Numbered from the stretch's first letter, positions 28,390 to 42,290 are shown. The stretch: 44,788 bases of DNA from Promethearchaeota archaeon (GCA_004524535.1 SDNY01000012.1:1-44788); one strand, 5' to 3'. A program made the numbers and translations. The notes: a model not told the origin generated them from the sequence alone.

Positions 28390-28824
28390 ATGGAAGAAGA
28401 AATTGGAAGATTAGGTAAAGTTCTTTCAATGATTAAAGGAATTGAAAGAAAGAATTTAGAATTTGAAAACTACATTTCAAATCTGAATATTTATTCAAGA
28501 ACGGATTTACTAAAAGAAATCTCTTTTAATATAATTAAAAATAGCAAACTCTTTCAAGGATTAAATGTTGATTTCAGAGATGTACAGGTAGTTAAAGATA
28601 AAAAAGAAGAAATACTAACCAATAATTTTATTGAGGCAACAATTTTAAAAATTAGAAATAATCCTATGAAAAAAATTATTTTTTTACGAGAATTTCTCGA
28701 TAATTTAAAAGATATCTCTCAAAATGATAAAGATGTAATTTTACAATCATTAAAAGATAAAGAAGACGAAGAATTAAACCAAGAATTATCTAATTTGGTG
28801 CAAATTTTTAAAAAACATGATTGA
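28390..28824 (+). CDS. Hypothetical protein
   Basis: 144-aa ATG ORF filling the gap between genes; helical and charged; no motif recognised. Confidence 0.65.
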   Translation: MEEEIGRLGKVLSMIKGIERKNLEFENYISNLNIYSRTDLLKEISFNIIKNSKLFQGLNVDFRDVQVVKDKKEEILTNNFIEATILKIRNNPMKKIIFLREFLDNLKDISQNDKDVILQSLKDKEDEELNQELSNLVQIFKKHD

Positions 28825-28902
28825 GAATAAAAATTTCTTTTTTTAGATTAATGGAGAAAATATCTGATCTAACAATAATTATTGATAAAAAAGAAGGTAA
28901 AA

Positions 28903-29169
28903 CTAATAGCCTGACTCTTCTCCTCCACTAAAATATTCTTCGAATGCTTTACGATCTTGGTCAGAAATTCTATCTCCTTTAATACCCTCTTTAATAATAA
29001 TTGGAGCAACTTCTTTATCATCATGCCTAATCGTTTTAATAATCTTATATTCTTCTCGAGACTCGCCTATCTCAAATTCCTCATCGCACGCTTTACAGTA
29101 AAGCTTACCTTTCTTAGGGATCAACATATTTCCACAAGCTTCACAGAACCTCATGTTTTTCAAGATCAC
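28903..29169 (-). CDS. RpoM/TFS-like protein with N-terminal Zn ribbon only
   Basis: MRFCEACGNMLIPKKGKLYCKAC matches the TFS/Rpb9/C11 N-ribbon; no second ribbon and no RSADE loop. Confidence 0.75.
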   Translation of the reverse strand: MILKNMRFCEACGNMLIPKKGKLYCKACDEEFEIGESREEYKIIKTIRHDDKEVAPIIIKEGIKGDRISDQDRKAFEEYFSGGEESGY

Positions 29170-29479
29170 CTTTTTTTTTAAAAATACTCTAATTTAAATC
29201 TTTCGTTTTTATTATCGATTTTATTAATCAACTTTATAGTAAAACTAAATAACATTTATAAATTTATCCAAAATCATATTATTATGGATTATTTGTCTAT
29301 TTAAATTTATTGTTTTAATTTATTAGTAATTGATGATTAAAAATCTTATTAAATCAAAGTGAAACCATATAAAGATTTATTATTAACAATTTAATACTTA
29401 ATATATAATTCTATTTTAATCAAATATTCATTTAATTAAAAAAAGAATCGATATTTTTAACCAAATTGACCTTTAGGTA

Positions 29480-30208
29480 ATGATTTTGAATGATAAAAAA
29501 ATTATAATTGGACATCGAGGAGCAAATAATGTTGCTCCAGAAAACACATTGAAATCTTTTAAAATGGCAATCGAATTAGGGGCAGATTACATAGAATTTG
29601 ATATTCATAAATCCAAGGATGGAGAAATTGTTGTAATGCATGATTCAAATACTTTAGCGACAACAGGTCATAAAGGCTTAATAAGAAGGATGACATTGGA
29701 AGAATTGAAAGAGTTAGATTGTGGAGAAGGTGAAAAAATTCCTACCTTACAAGAAGTAATTGAACTTGCGAAAGGAAAAATAGGATTACAAATTGAAATC
29801 AAGGCAAAAAGTCTTGCGGATTCTCTTGTGTCTCTTCTGAAGAGTGAGAATTTAATAGAATCCACATTAATTTCTTCTTTTTTGCATGAAGAACTTCTAA
29901 AAATTCATAAAATCGAGCCAACCCTTAAAGTAGCAACGCTCGAGCCCATTACAACTAAATTCTCAAAAGAATGGTCCTACCTCGGAGGGATCATTAATAA
30001 TGCTATTAGGCACAGTTGCCATGCAATTCATCCTCGATATAATCTGGTAAATCAAAAATTCGTAGATTTTATTCATGAAAACAATTTAAAAATAAATATT
30101 TGGACGGTAAATAGTAAAGCTGCGATGAAAAAATTTGTTAGGATGGGGGTTGATGGGCTTATAACGGATGATATTTTAAAAGCAAAAGAAGTTTTAGAGA
30201 AAATGTAA
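29480..30208 (+). CDS. Glycerophosphodiester phosphodiesterase
   Basis: IGHRGA...PENT, IEFDIH, VVMHD, IPTLQEV, IEIK, WTVN, GVDGLITD. Confidence 0.94.
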   Translation: MILNDKKIIIGHRGANNVAPENTLKSFKMAIELGADYIEFDIHKSKDGEIVVMHDSNTLATTGHKGLIRRMTLEELKELDCGEGEKIPTLQEVIELAKGKIGLQIEIKAKSLADSLVSLLKSENLIESTLISSFLHEELLKIHKIEPTLKVATLEPITTKFSKEWSYLGGIINNAIRHSCHAIHPRYNLVNQKFVDFIHENNLKINIWTVNSKAAMKKFVRMGVDGLITDDILKAKEVLEKM

Positions 30209-30321
30209 TATATCTACATCTTTGAGTTTTATGATTAATGTTCTAAACTCTACAATAAAATATTTTAGTAATTTTTCAATATCAATTTTATACAAGAAAT
30301 TATTAGTAAAGAGATTAAATT

Positions 30322-31812
30322 ATGTCCAATTCAATTGACTCTAATGGGATAAATTTTGAGCGCCTTTTTTCGCCACGGGCTATAGGAATTATTGGAGCAA
30401 GCTACGATCCAGCAGGCGGTGGATTTTTTGTAAGATGTATGAAGGATAAATTTCGAGGTCCTATGTATTTGTTTAATCCTCGAATGAACGGTAAGGAACT
30501 TTATGGATATAAAGTTTATAGCTCAATCTTGGAGATTCCTGACGATAAACCAATTGATTATGTAATTTTAGCTGTACGCGCAAAATTATGTCCGAAATTA
30601 CTCGAAGAAATTGGTCAAAAAAAAGTTCCATTTGTTACAATTTTTTCTTCTGGTTTTCGTGAGGTAGGAAATGAAACCCTTGAAAAAGAAACGTTGCAAA
30701 TTGCAAAAAAATATAATATCCGGATTATTGGTCCAAATTGTATCGGTGTTTATAATCCAAGTTCAAATCTTTATTTTGCTTATGATCAATCTCGAAAAGC
30801 TGGAAATTTTGGTGGAATCTTTCAGTCTGGTGGAAACTCTCAAAATATAGCTCAGCTTGCGGTTTCTTACGGTGTTTATATCTCAAAATTTATTTCAATC
30901 GGAAATGCTTTAGATTTAGGGCCTCCAGAATTTCTAGAACATTTTGTAAATGATGATTATACCAAAATTATCGGTTTATATCTTGAAAATTTGCGCTCTA
31001 TAGAACAAGGTCGTAAATTTATAGATAGTGTAAAAAAATGCAATTTAAATAGGAAACCCGTGATATTGTGGAGAGCAGGATATGGTGAGGCAACTAAAAA
31101 AGCAATTTTATCTCATACAGGAGGGTTAGCGGGAAATAACAAAATTTGGAATGCTGTTGCTAAACAAACGGGGTGCTCTTTGGTAACTAATTCGACAGTT
31201 TTAGCAGCTTTAGCGAGTGCATTTAAACTAACTCATTTGCCAGAAACGCGTAATGTTGGAGTAATTGGAATAGGTGGTGGTTCGACAATCGAAGCAGTAG
31301 ATATTCTCGAGAGTTATAATCTAAAAATAGGGTCATTAACAGAAAAAACCATAAAAAAAATGAAGAGATATATTCCAGATGTTAATACAAATGTGGCTAA
31401 CCCAATAGATCTAGGAGGATCCGGCATTCGCCCAGATATTTATTATAGATGCCTGCTCTCATTAGATAGAGACCCTAATATTTCTGCTATCGTTTTTATA
31501 AAAGATCCTGAAAGATTTGGGAATTTCTCAACACTTTTAGATGAGATGGGCTTTAAAGGATTAGATTTAAATAAAGAATTTATAAGATTTATCTCTAAAG
31601 CTAAAAGTGTATGTACGAAACCATTGTTTTGTGTAATGTTAAAAATTAATGAGGGGTTTGAAGAATACAAGAGCCGATATAAGTTTAAACTTAAACTTTT
31701 AAATCGAAACGTTCCCGTTTTTGAATCTCTTGAATTGGCTGGTGAAGTTTTGGATAAAATGAATACATATAGAAAATTTCTCCAAAAACACGGAAAATTT
31801 CCTAAAACTTAA
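30322..31812 (+). CDS. ADP-forming acyl-CoA synthetase alpha-subunit-like CoA-binding protein
   Basis: PRAIGIIGAS, SSGFRE, IGPNCIG, QSGG, SIGN, phospho-His SHTGGLAG, NPIDL; no beta subunit in the window. Confidence 0.88.
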   Translation: MSNSIDSNGINFERLFSPRAIGIIGASYDPAGGGFFVRCMKDKFRGPMYLFNPRMNGKELYGYKVYSSILEIPDDKPIDYVILAVRAKLCPKLLEEIGQKKVPFVTIFSSGFREVGNETLEKETLQIAKKYNIRIIGPNCIGVYNPSSNLYFAYDQSRKAGNFGGIFQSGGNSQNIAQLAVSYGVYISKFISIGNALDLGPPEFLEHFVNDDYTKIIGLYLENLRSIEQGRKFIDSVKKCNLNRKPVILWRAGYGEATKKAILSHTGGLAGNNKIWNAVAKQTGCSLVTNSTVLAALASAFKLTHLPETRNVGVIGIGGGSTIEAVDILESYNLKIGSLTEKTIKKMKRYIPDVNTNVANPIDLGGSGIRPDIYYRCLLSLDRDPNISAIVFIKDPERFGNFSTLLDEMGFKGLDLNKEFIRFISKAKSVCTKPLFCVMLKINEGFEEYKSRYKFKLKLLNRNVPVFESLELAGEVLDKMNTYRKFLQKHGKFPKT

Positions 31813-32585
31813 TTCTCTTTTTTTAAGTGAGATATTTCTATAGGCCGACCAGGGCTTCCTTGATAATAACGTTTTCCTTGTTTTCCTCGCCAATTTTTAT
31901 GGAGAACCGTATTTGGAAAAATTACGTAATTTTCTGTAGTTAATACCCCAGGACCAGCAATTATACCTGGATATAAAGTACTATTCTTTCCTAATTTAAT
32001 CTCTAACATACTAATTTTGCCAAAAATTGTATTAACCGCATGAGAAGATAGTCCAGTAGTGGGATAAATAAACACGTTATCGCCTAAATCGGTAAATTCT
32101 AAACCTACATAACAATCGCAATAAATTACATTTTTTCCAATTTTATTATGACCAATTCTTCGAAGGGTTCTATTAATTAACCAAGGGAAGGGAGATTTGG
32201 CAGTTAACCACATCGGGTATTTAATAATGAAGCCCCGTTTATGATAATATTTAATCATTCTGCCCTCTTCACTATTAGCATCATCAAGAACTCGTTTAAA
32301 TACCCCTTGTAAGGGAGGGGCTTTTTTATTCCATTTTCTAGCCCAAAAAGCGGTAAATTCGATTAATATTATTAAATATGCATAGTATAAAAAAAGAAAT
32401 AACCCGGGTAATATAAGCAAGTGAATAATTAGTGGAATTGAAAAAGGAATTATAAAACAATACTCAAACAATAAAAACAATCCTAAACACACATATAAAG
32501 GAACTAAAAAGCTTAAAAAATTAATTTTAAAGAAATCTAATGCAGGAAGTTCAACTGTTTGTTGTTTTTTTTCATTATTTTCCAT
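31809..32585 (-). CDS. Membrane protein with C-terminal left-handed beta-helix (hexapeptide-like) region
   Basis: Two N-terminal TM helices, then KIGKNV, DLGDNVFI, KLGKNSTL, IAGPGV and GSPGRP. Confidence 0.65.
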   Translation of the reverse strand: MENNEKKQQTVELPALDFFKINFLSFLVPLYVCLGLFLLFEYCFIIPFSIPLIIHLLILPGLFLFLYYAYLIILIEFTAFWARKWNKKAPPLQGVFKRVLDDANSEEGRMIKYYHKRGFIIKYPMWLTAKSPFPWLINRTLRRIGHNKIGKNVIYCDCYVGLEFTDLGDNVFIYPTTGLSSHAVNTIFGKISMLEIKLGKNSTLYPGIIAGPGVLTTENYVIFPNTVLHKNWRGKQGKRYYQGSPGRPIEISHLKKEN

Positions 32586-32664
32586 AAAATTATAAGGTGT
32601 AACAAACTTTAAAATTCCTTTGATTCAATGGAATTTTGTATCTTAAAATGACTAAACAAGTATG

Positions 32665-35826
<3,162 letters not shown>

Positions 35827-36086
35827 TTATAAATATTGATTAAAATTATTAATTTTTTACCAAAAAGAATAAGAGTCTTCCTTAAAGTGTATGTTTTAAA
35901 ACGATAATTAGTTTAACTAAATACCACAAAATAGCATTATCTTTCCTTGATTTGATGATAACACACATAAAAAGATTTATTATCTCATTTTGACAATTTT
36001 GATGATATTATAATTTCTTATGAAAAGGAAACATTTTATATTTTAATTTATAATATTTTTATATTCATTTTTTAGTGCATTAAATC

Positions 36087-36905
36087 ATGGAAGAATCGGT
36101 TAAACACAAGGCAATCATTATTATAAAACAAAACATTAAAAACCTTGATTTAATCAGTTATTTTTGCAAATCAACAATTAAGACTCCAATATTCTTGAGT
36201 GTAATTCAAAGGAAATATCCAGAAATAAAACCTTTATTAAAAAAAAGATTAATTATAGATTTAAAACCTGTTAAAAGTTACGAATTCTATCTTGATAAAT
36301 TTGAGAACTTTTTTTATCAAAAATATCAAGAAAAAATTGATTTTTTAAAATATGAGATTTGGAAAAGAAAAAGAAAGAAGGATGATTTAATTAAAATTAC
36401 TGAAGATTGTGTCCCAGATACTGATTGTGAGGATTATGACCAGAAACTTCAGGAGGTACTTGTTTTTGCTCGAAAAGCGATAAAGGATCTGGATAAAATG
36501 GAAATGGAAAAGGAAGATTTTAATAATGTAATTGGGCACTTACAAGAAGAAATGAAAAAAGATCCTTTTTACAAATTCTTATTTTTTATTCGAAATGATA
36601 AAGATATTATCTTTAATAAAAGAACAGAAGATAGGGAAGGTATTATTCATAAAAAGATATTAAATTATTTAAATGAATGTGCTGAAGGGAAAGGATGGAA
36701 TTTATTTAAAATTCTTAAAAATAAAGGTTTTTTTAAGGAGTATTCACCTGCTAAAAATTATTTTATTTCTGATTTGGGTTTATGTGTTGATATTAAATTA
36801 AGAGAAATTAAATGGTTGAGTGATGATGAGAATTATCAGAAGAATGAACAAGAAATTGCTCAAGAAGAAGAGTTTAATAAGTTAAAAGAAATTTTCAATT
36901 TTTAA
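36087..36905 (+). CDS. Hypothetical protein
   Basis: 272-aa ATG ORF, K/E-rich; no motif recognised. Confidence 0.65.
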   Translation: MEESVKHKAIIIIKQNIKNLDLISYFCKSTIKTPIFLSVIQRKYPEIKPLLKKRLIIDLKPVKSYEFYLDKFENFFYQKYQEKIDFLKYEIWKRKRKKDDLIKITEDCVPDTDCEDYDQKLQEVLVFARKAIKDLDKMEMEKEDFNNVIGHLQEEMKKDPFYKFLFFIRNDKDIIFNKRTEDREGIIHKKILNYLNECAEGKGWNLFKILKNKGFFKEYSPAKNYFISDLGLCVDIKLREIKWLSDDENYQKNEQEIAQEEEFNKLKEIFNF

Positions 36906-36926
36906 GAGAATTATTAAAATTCTAAA

Positions 36927-38168
36927 TTATAAATCATTTGTTATCCCTTTTTCTAGTGGCTTTTTTTTAAGATGGAGAGGAATAATCTTTTTGAAAGCCA
37001 TAAAAAATGCTACTACAGCTAATAATCCCATGCATACACCTAACCAAGCAGGATCATAAAGAGTAAGAATAAGTGTGCCTATTATTGGTCCTGCAATTTG
37101 GGCAAGACTATCTAAGGTGGTTGTATAACCATTTATTTTTCCTACCTCATTCGGCTCAACAGATTGGGTTACTTTACTTATTAATAATCCTCTTGAACAT
37201 GAAACGCCATAACTTATAATGAGCATTAATATAAGAAAAGTCCAGACATCTCTTACAAATCCAACAAGAAAAAAAGTTATTACAACTATGAATAATCCTA
37301 GTTGTGTCATTCGTTTCTCTCCTAATAACTTGAGAGTAGGTTTAAATAAAGTAAATCTAACTATCGCTCGAAAAATGCCTGAGATTGTTAACAAAATTCC
37401 AATTTCTAATGCACCAAGACCGAGTACAAGTCCGATAAAAATTGTCAGCGTAGTTATGTACATTGTAAAAGAAAAAGTATGAAATGCATATTGGGTCATA
37501 AGATAGGACGCATCTTTATTTTTTCTTAACTTTAATTTAATCTTAATTTGCTTCTCAGCATCTAAACGCTTTTCTTTAGGCCATGATTCCTTCACAAAAA
37601 AAATTGAAATCATGATTGTGGTAAACGAAAGCCCTGCTGCAGCTAATCCTGCAGTTGCTACTGGATATTCAGGACCTAAAATACGTAGAATTGATAAAAT
37701 GCCTCCTAGTCCCGGTCCAACAAGTCCTGCAAGTACATGGACCACTCCCACATTCGTCATTTGAAGACCTCGATCTTTTGGAGGGGCTGTGTCTGTTATA
37801 ATTGCTTTTACTAATGGAAAATTACCACCAAAAATTCCGTCAACAATACGGGCAAGAAAAAGAAGATATAACGAGTTAGAAAAAGCTAATATTAAAAATG
37901 CTACACAAGTTCCAATTTGAGAGATTATCAAAATAGGTTTTCTCCCTACTTTATCACTAATTTTTCCCCATATCGGTGCAAATACTAATGTAAAAACAGC
38001 ATTTGTTGCTAATAATAAACCAATTACTAAAGGTGTCGTCTCAAAAACGTCTATAAACGTTGGCAAGAATGGAATGATTATGTAGAAGCCTAGGATATCT
38101 ACAAACATTCCTATCCATAGGGGTCTTAATTCAGGAAACTTAACTTTCTCTCTGTGGTTAACATTCAT
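36927..38168 (-). CDS. MFS transporter (DHA1/TetA-like)
   Basis: About 12 TM helices; motif A GKISDKVGRKP; ARIVDG; GPGLGG. Confidence 0.92.
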   Translation of the reverse strand: MNVNHREKVKFPELRPLWIGMFVDILGFYIIIPFLPTFIDVFETTPLVIGLLLATNAVFTLVFAPIWGKISDKVGRKPILIISQIGTCVAFLILAFSNSLYLLFLARIVDGIFGGNFPLVKAIITDTAPPKDRGLQMTNVGVVHVLAGLVGPGLGGILSILRILGPEYPVATAGLAAAGLSFTTIMISIFFVKESWPKEKRLDAEKQIKIKLKLRKNKDASYLMTQYAFHTFSFTMYITTLTIFIGLVLGLGALEIGILLTISGIFRAIVRFTLFKPTLKLLGEKRMTQLGLFIVVITFFLVGFVRDVWTFLILMLIISYGVSCSRGLLISKVTQSVEPNEVGKINGYTTTLDSLAQIAGPIIGTLILTLYDPAWLGVCMGLLAVVAFFMAFKKIIPLHLKKKPLEKGITNDL

Positions 38169-38268
38169 GATTCTAATTAGATAAATATAGGTTCAATGTT
38201 AAAGGGAATTCAAAAAGAAATTTAAAATTACCATTTATGAAGTAAAAATATCAATAAAAAAAGATTAA

Positions 38269-39102
38269 TTATTCTTTTAAAAAATCTAATATCGCTTGAT
38301 TTACTTCTGGAGCTTTTTCAAAAGGAGAATCATGTCCAGCGCCGTTAATTACTTTTAAAATACTGTTAGGAATTCCTTCATGGATTTTTTCATTTGCATA
38401 TTTCGGTGATATTCTGTCTTTGTCAGCTGTTAAAACCATCGTTGGGTTCTTTATTTCATGAAGACGACCCATTATTTTATGCGCTTTTATCGCATTTGCG
38501 CTATTTTCTATGTCTTGAGGAGTTGCGGGATTCGTTGAGTTTAACTTTATTATATCCTCGGCAGAAAATAAACCAAAGAATTTTCTTTTTGGATCCTCTT
38601 GCATTAATTTTTTGAATTTGCGAGTATATCCAAGGGCGCGATCGAAAAATGCCTTAGTAGGATCTTTCAAAATTTCGTGATATCCATCAATCAGACCATT
38701 CTTATACATGATAAGTCCTTGTTCGTTAGGAAAGCCTGCAAAAGTGTTAATTAATATTAATTTATTTACTCGTTCAGGATATTTTAATATAAAGTTCTGA
38801 ACAATCATGCCTCCCAGAGACCATCCAACAATGTGGGCTTTCTCAATCTTCAAAAAGTCCATTAATCCCTTAATATCTTCTACATACATATCCATAGTAT
38901 AAGGAATGTTAGGACGATCTGACTTGCCCGCACCACGATTGTCAAATATTATAACTTTAAATTTTTCGGATACTGCTCCAATTTGGCACATCCAGGTTTC
39001 TTTTACAGCACCATAACCATGAACAAAAATTACAGGATGTCCATCACCTTGAATTTGATAGCAAATTTTTATTCCATTAACTTCAGCAAACTGTTCACTC
39101 AT
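38269..39102 (-). CDS. Alpha/beta hydrolase
   Basis: HGYG oxyanion loop, DNRGAGKS, GWSLGG nucleophile elbow, D...GH triad residues. Confidence 0.92.
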   Translation of the reverse strand: MSEQFAEVNGIKICYQIQGDGHPVIFVHGYGAVKETWMCQIGAVSEKFKVIIFDNRGAGKSDRPNIPYTMDMYVEDIKGLMDFLKIEKAHIVGWSLGGMIVQNFILKYPERVNKLILINTFAGFPNEQGLIMYKNGLIDGYHEILKDPTKAFFDRALGYTRKFKKLMQEDPKRKFFGLFSAEDIIKLNSTNPATPQDIENSANAIKAHKIMGRLHEIKNPTMVLTADKDRISPKYANEKIHEGIPNSILKVINGAGHDSPFEKAPEVNQAILDFLKE

Positions 39103-39150
39103 AATATTACAGTAATTATTTTAGATGTTTTAAATTTATGATTTTAATTT

Positions 39151-39996
39151 TTAACTTTCCAAAAAATCTAGTATAAGTTTGTTTACTTCGGGGGCTCGTG
39201 AATAGTGAGATTCGTGCCCAGCTTTATCTATCACTTTAAAGATACTATTAGGAATTCTTTGATGTATTTGTTCTACGAAAAACTTAGGAACTAACTTATC
39301 GTGAGAGGCAGTAAGCAAAAGGGTTTCATTTTTAATTTGATGCAATCTTTCAAATGTGCTATGTGACTTAATAGCATGTGCCTGATTTTTAATATCAATT
39401 GGTCTAGAAGGATTTGTTTTAATATACTCTATAAGATCCTCTACTGACCAAATGCCATAAAATTTTTTCTTAGGATCAGCTTCCATCTGTTTCCTAAATT
39501 TTATATGAAATCCTAAACGTGTATCCCGCCAAAATACTTTTTCTGGATTGCTTTGAATTAGGTTATATCTTTCAATTTGCGCTTTTTTAAACATTTCAAT
39601 ACTCTCTTTATTCCGCATTCCCGCACTCGTATTAATTAAAATTAGTTTATTCACTTTTTCGGGATATCTTAACACGAAATTTTGAGCGATCATACCACCC
39701 ATGGACCTTCCCATGATATGTGCTTTCTTAATTTTAAGAAAATCCATTAATCCTTTTATATCGTCAGCAAACATTTCCATTGTATAAGGAGGCTCTTCTG
39801 GACGACTGGATTTTCCGGCTCCACGTAAGTCGAATATAATAACTCTATAAATTTTTGAAAGATCGCCAACTTGTGCTATCCATGTTTCTTTTTTAGACCC
39901 AAAACCATGAACACAAATTATTGGGTAGCTATCCTCCTTACCGTGGATTTTATAGCAGATATTAATACCATTAACATAAATAAAATGTTCGCTCAT
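39151..39996 (-). CDS. Alpha/beta hydrolase (tandem paralogue)
   Basis: HGFG, DLRGAGKS, GRSMGG, HDKL...AGH; collinear with the neighbouring hydrolase. Confidence 0.92.
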   Translation of the reverse strand: MSEHFIYVNGINICYKIHGKEDSYPIICVHGFGSKKETWIAQVGDLSKIYRVIIFDLRGAGKSSRPEEPPYTMEMFADDIKGLMDFLKIKKAHIMGRSMGGMIAQNFVLRYPEKVNKLILINTSAGMRNKESIEMFKKAQIERYNLIQSNPEKVFWRDTRLGFHIKFRKQMEADPKKKFYGIWSVEDLIEYIKTNPSRPIDIKNQAHAIKSHSTFERLHQIKNETLLLTASHDKLVPKFFVEQIHQRIPNSIFKVIDKAGHESHYSRAPEVNKLILDFLES

Positions 39997-40084
39997 AATA
40001 TTATTAAAGCTTTGTTTCTAAAAATTAATTCTAATATTTTTTTTTAACACTTTTCTAAGAAATCTAAAATTAATTAAAAAAAAA

Positions 40085-41137
40085 TTAAATCCTACATATC
40101 GGAAAGCCACAGATTTTGCATTTCCCTTCAGAATCTATCAAGAATTCTTCAATACCAAAATTAACTCGTTTAATTACGGTTTTTGAACAATTTGGGCATA
40201 TTGTATTTTCATATTCAGTAGTAGGTAAGTTTCCAAGATAAACATATTTTAAACCAACATTTTTCGCAATTTCATAAGCATTTTTTAAGCTCTTGATTGC
40301 TGTAGGATTATGAATTCCATACTCATAAGATTTATAATGCGGAAAAAAACGGCTAATATGAAACGGTGTAAATTCTCCTAAATCCTCTAAAATTCTCTTT
40401 GCAATTTGTTCTATAACCTCATTATCAGAATTTAAATTCTCAATTAATAAAGTCGTAATTTCCACGTGTACTCCCAATTTCTTTGCCAATTTTGCATTTC
40501 GCCACACTTTCTCAACATCAATATCACAATATTGTTGCACCATTTTTCCCCCTCCTTTTATATCAATATTAATTGCATCGAGCCCAGCTTCTACTAAGTC
40601 CCTCAATACATTCTTTGTCATATAGCCATTTGAGACATACGTATTATATAACCCCTCTTTCTTAGCTAATCTAAAAACTTCAACAGAATATTCGAATAAT
40701 AATGTAGGTTCATTAAAAGAGATGGAAATCCCTTTACAATTATTCCTTAATGCAATATCTATGAATTTTTCAGGTGATAAAAATTCTTTTTCCTTCCTTA
40801 CTTTATCTAAAACAGAAGGATTAGGATGGGAAATGTGGTGATTTTGGCACCAGAAACAACTAAAATTGCATCCATAAGTCCCTATTGTTAAAGCAATGGT
40901 TCCAGGATAAAAATGAAATAGCGGCTTTTTTTCAATAGGATTAAAAGATAGAGCAGGAATACAACCAAAAACTATAGTAAAAATTTCACCATCTTTATTT
41001 ATCCGAGTCTGACAAAAACCAGAATTTCCTAATGAAATTTTACATCTTCTTTCACAGGTTAGACATTGAGAAATTTTATCGTTAATTTTCTTTTGGTATT
41101 TAGATATTTTAAAAAATTTTGGATTAATGGAATACAT
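40085..41137 (-). CDS. amrS: AmmeMemoRadiSam system radical SAM enzyme (PFL-activase-like)
   Basis: CLTCERRC...GFCQTR, PIEKKPLFHFYPG, GCNFSCFWCQN, NEP, HISRFFP, YVYLGN, C-terminal CPNC...CKIC. Confidence 0.9.
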   Translation of the reverse strand: MYSINPKFFKISKYQKKINDKISQCLTCERRCKISLGNSGFCQTRINKDGEIFTIVFGCIPALSFNPIEKKPLFHFYPGTIALTIGTYGCNFSCFWCQNHHISHPNPSVLDKVRKEKEFLSPEKFIDIALRNNCKGISISFNEPTLLFEYSVEVFRLAKKEGLYNTYVSNGYMTKNVLRDLVEAGLDAINIDIKGGGKMVQQYCDIDVEKVWRNAKLAKKLGVHVEITTLLIENLNSDNEVIEQIAKRILEDLGEFTPFHISRFFPHYKSYEYGIHNPTAIKSLKNAYEIAKNVGLKYVYLGNLPTTEYENTICPNCSKTVIKRVNFGIEEFLIDSEGKCKICGFPICRI

Positions 41138-41365
41138 TTATACTTCCTTAAGCACAATAATTTCATTAGGTAAATGCTTTTGTAGCATCTCACTTACACT
41201 ACTATCATCTGATATTGGAAGCCCTCTAACATAAAATTGAGAGTTCTGGGGATCTGCATTCCATTCGAATTCATTTAAAAGGTATGTTTTTAATTCGCCA
41301 AACTTTACATCTGGATCTAACATAAAATCCTCCATAAGTTTTTCGATATCTTTCATGTTAACCAT
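41138..41365 (-). CDS. Small protein with possible ubiquitin-like (beta-grasp) fold, no C-terminal GG
   Basis: LDPDVKFGELK...QFYVRGLPISDDSSVSE...NEIIVL follows the ubiquitin/SUMO residue pattern by eye. Confidence 0.55.
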   Translation of the reverse strand: MVNMKDIEKLMEDFMLDPDVKFGELKTYLLNEFEWNADPQNSQFYVRGLPISDDSSVSEMLQKHLPNEIIVLKEV

Positions 41366-41477
41366 TTTATTTAATCAACTCAAAGAATTAGTATTTTATC
41401 GAGTTAATAATATATTATATTTATTTTTAATTTAATATTTGTGAATTTTTGATAATTACTGTTTAATGAGTTTTCAC

Positions 41478-42290
41478 TCAAATTACGCCGCCCATCTGAA
41501 GCGTAATTAAACATATAAAATATATTAATAGGAAATTTCCAATTAAAATTCCTATATCCTTTACTCCTTGAGTAGATTTAGTTGGACGCCGGAATGTATA
41601 AATTGTACCTATTGGTAGGAAAACGAAAGGAAAGAAGTAGAATTGTTCCAAAATAATAAAAGCCCATAATCCTAATATAAATGAAATTATTGAAGAAATA
41701 ATTATTATTAGTTGGCATTGTCTTAAACTAAAGTATTTCGTCAAAGAGTCCGAATCTATTACTTCATGTACAAATTGACCCGTAAGAGCAAAGGCAAAAA
41801 ACGTTATTAATAATGGCAATTCTGTATTAAGATCCAATAATTGCAAACCTGCATCAATTTTAATCATAAAATACGGTAAAAGCATGTGGGAGATCCCCAG
41901 TGAAATATGATTTAAAAAAGGAATTGGTTTTAACCATAAACAATATAATAACACCGAAATTATGATTATGATTAAAAAAATCGCATTAAGAAAATGTTCA
42001 ATGCAAGTTCGTAATAATAAAGTGAGGCCTAATGTGAAGCTAACTACTCCTATAGTAAATATCTCTTTTGGATGATATCCCTCCACTCTTTTCAAAGTTT
42101 CGGTCTCATTTGGATCTCTCATATCAATTACATCATTCCACGTATTTCCTGTAATTGCTAAGAATATAAAACCAATAAGGATATCAAGATGATAAAATGG
42201 ATTTAGTCGATTAAGATAAATAGCCATTAACATCGGGATTATAACGCTAAAAGTATATTCTAATCTCAACAATCCAAATCTGCTTGACAT
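41478..42290 (-). CDS. UbiA family prenyltransferase
   Basis: Multi-TM; first Asp-rich motif NTWNDVIDMRD; YCLWLK; second motif HEVIDSD. Confidence 0.8.
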   Translation of the reverse strand: MSSRFGLLRLEYTFSVIIPMLMAIYLNRLNPFYHLDILIGFIFLAITGNTWNDVIDMRDPNETETLKRVEGYHPKEIFTIGVVSFTLGLTLLLRTCIEHFLNAIFLIIIIISVLLYCLWLKPIPFLNHISLGISHMLLPYFMIKIDAGLQLLDLNTELPLLITFFAFALTGQFVHEVIDSDSLTKYFSLRQCQLIIIISSIISFILGLWAFIILEQFYFFPFVFLPIGTIYTFRRPTKSTQGVKDIGILIGNFLLIYFICLITLQMGGVI

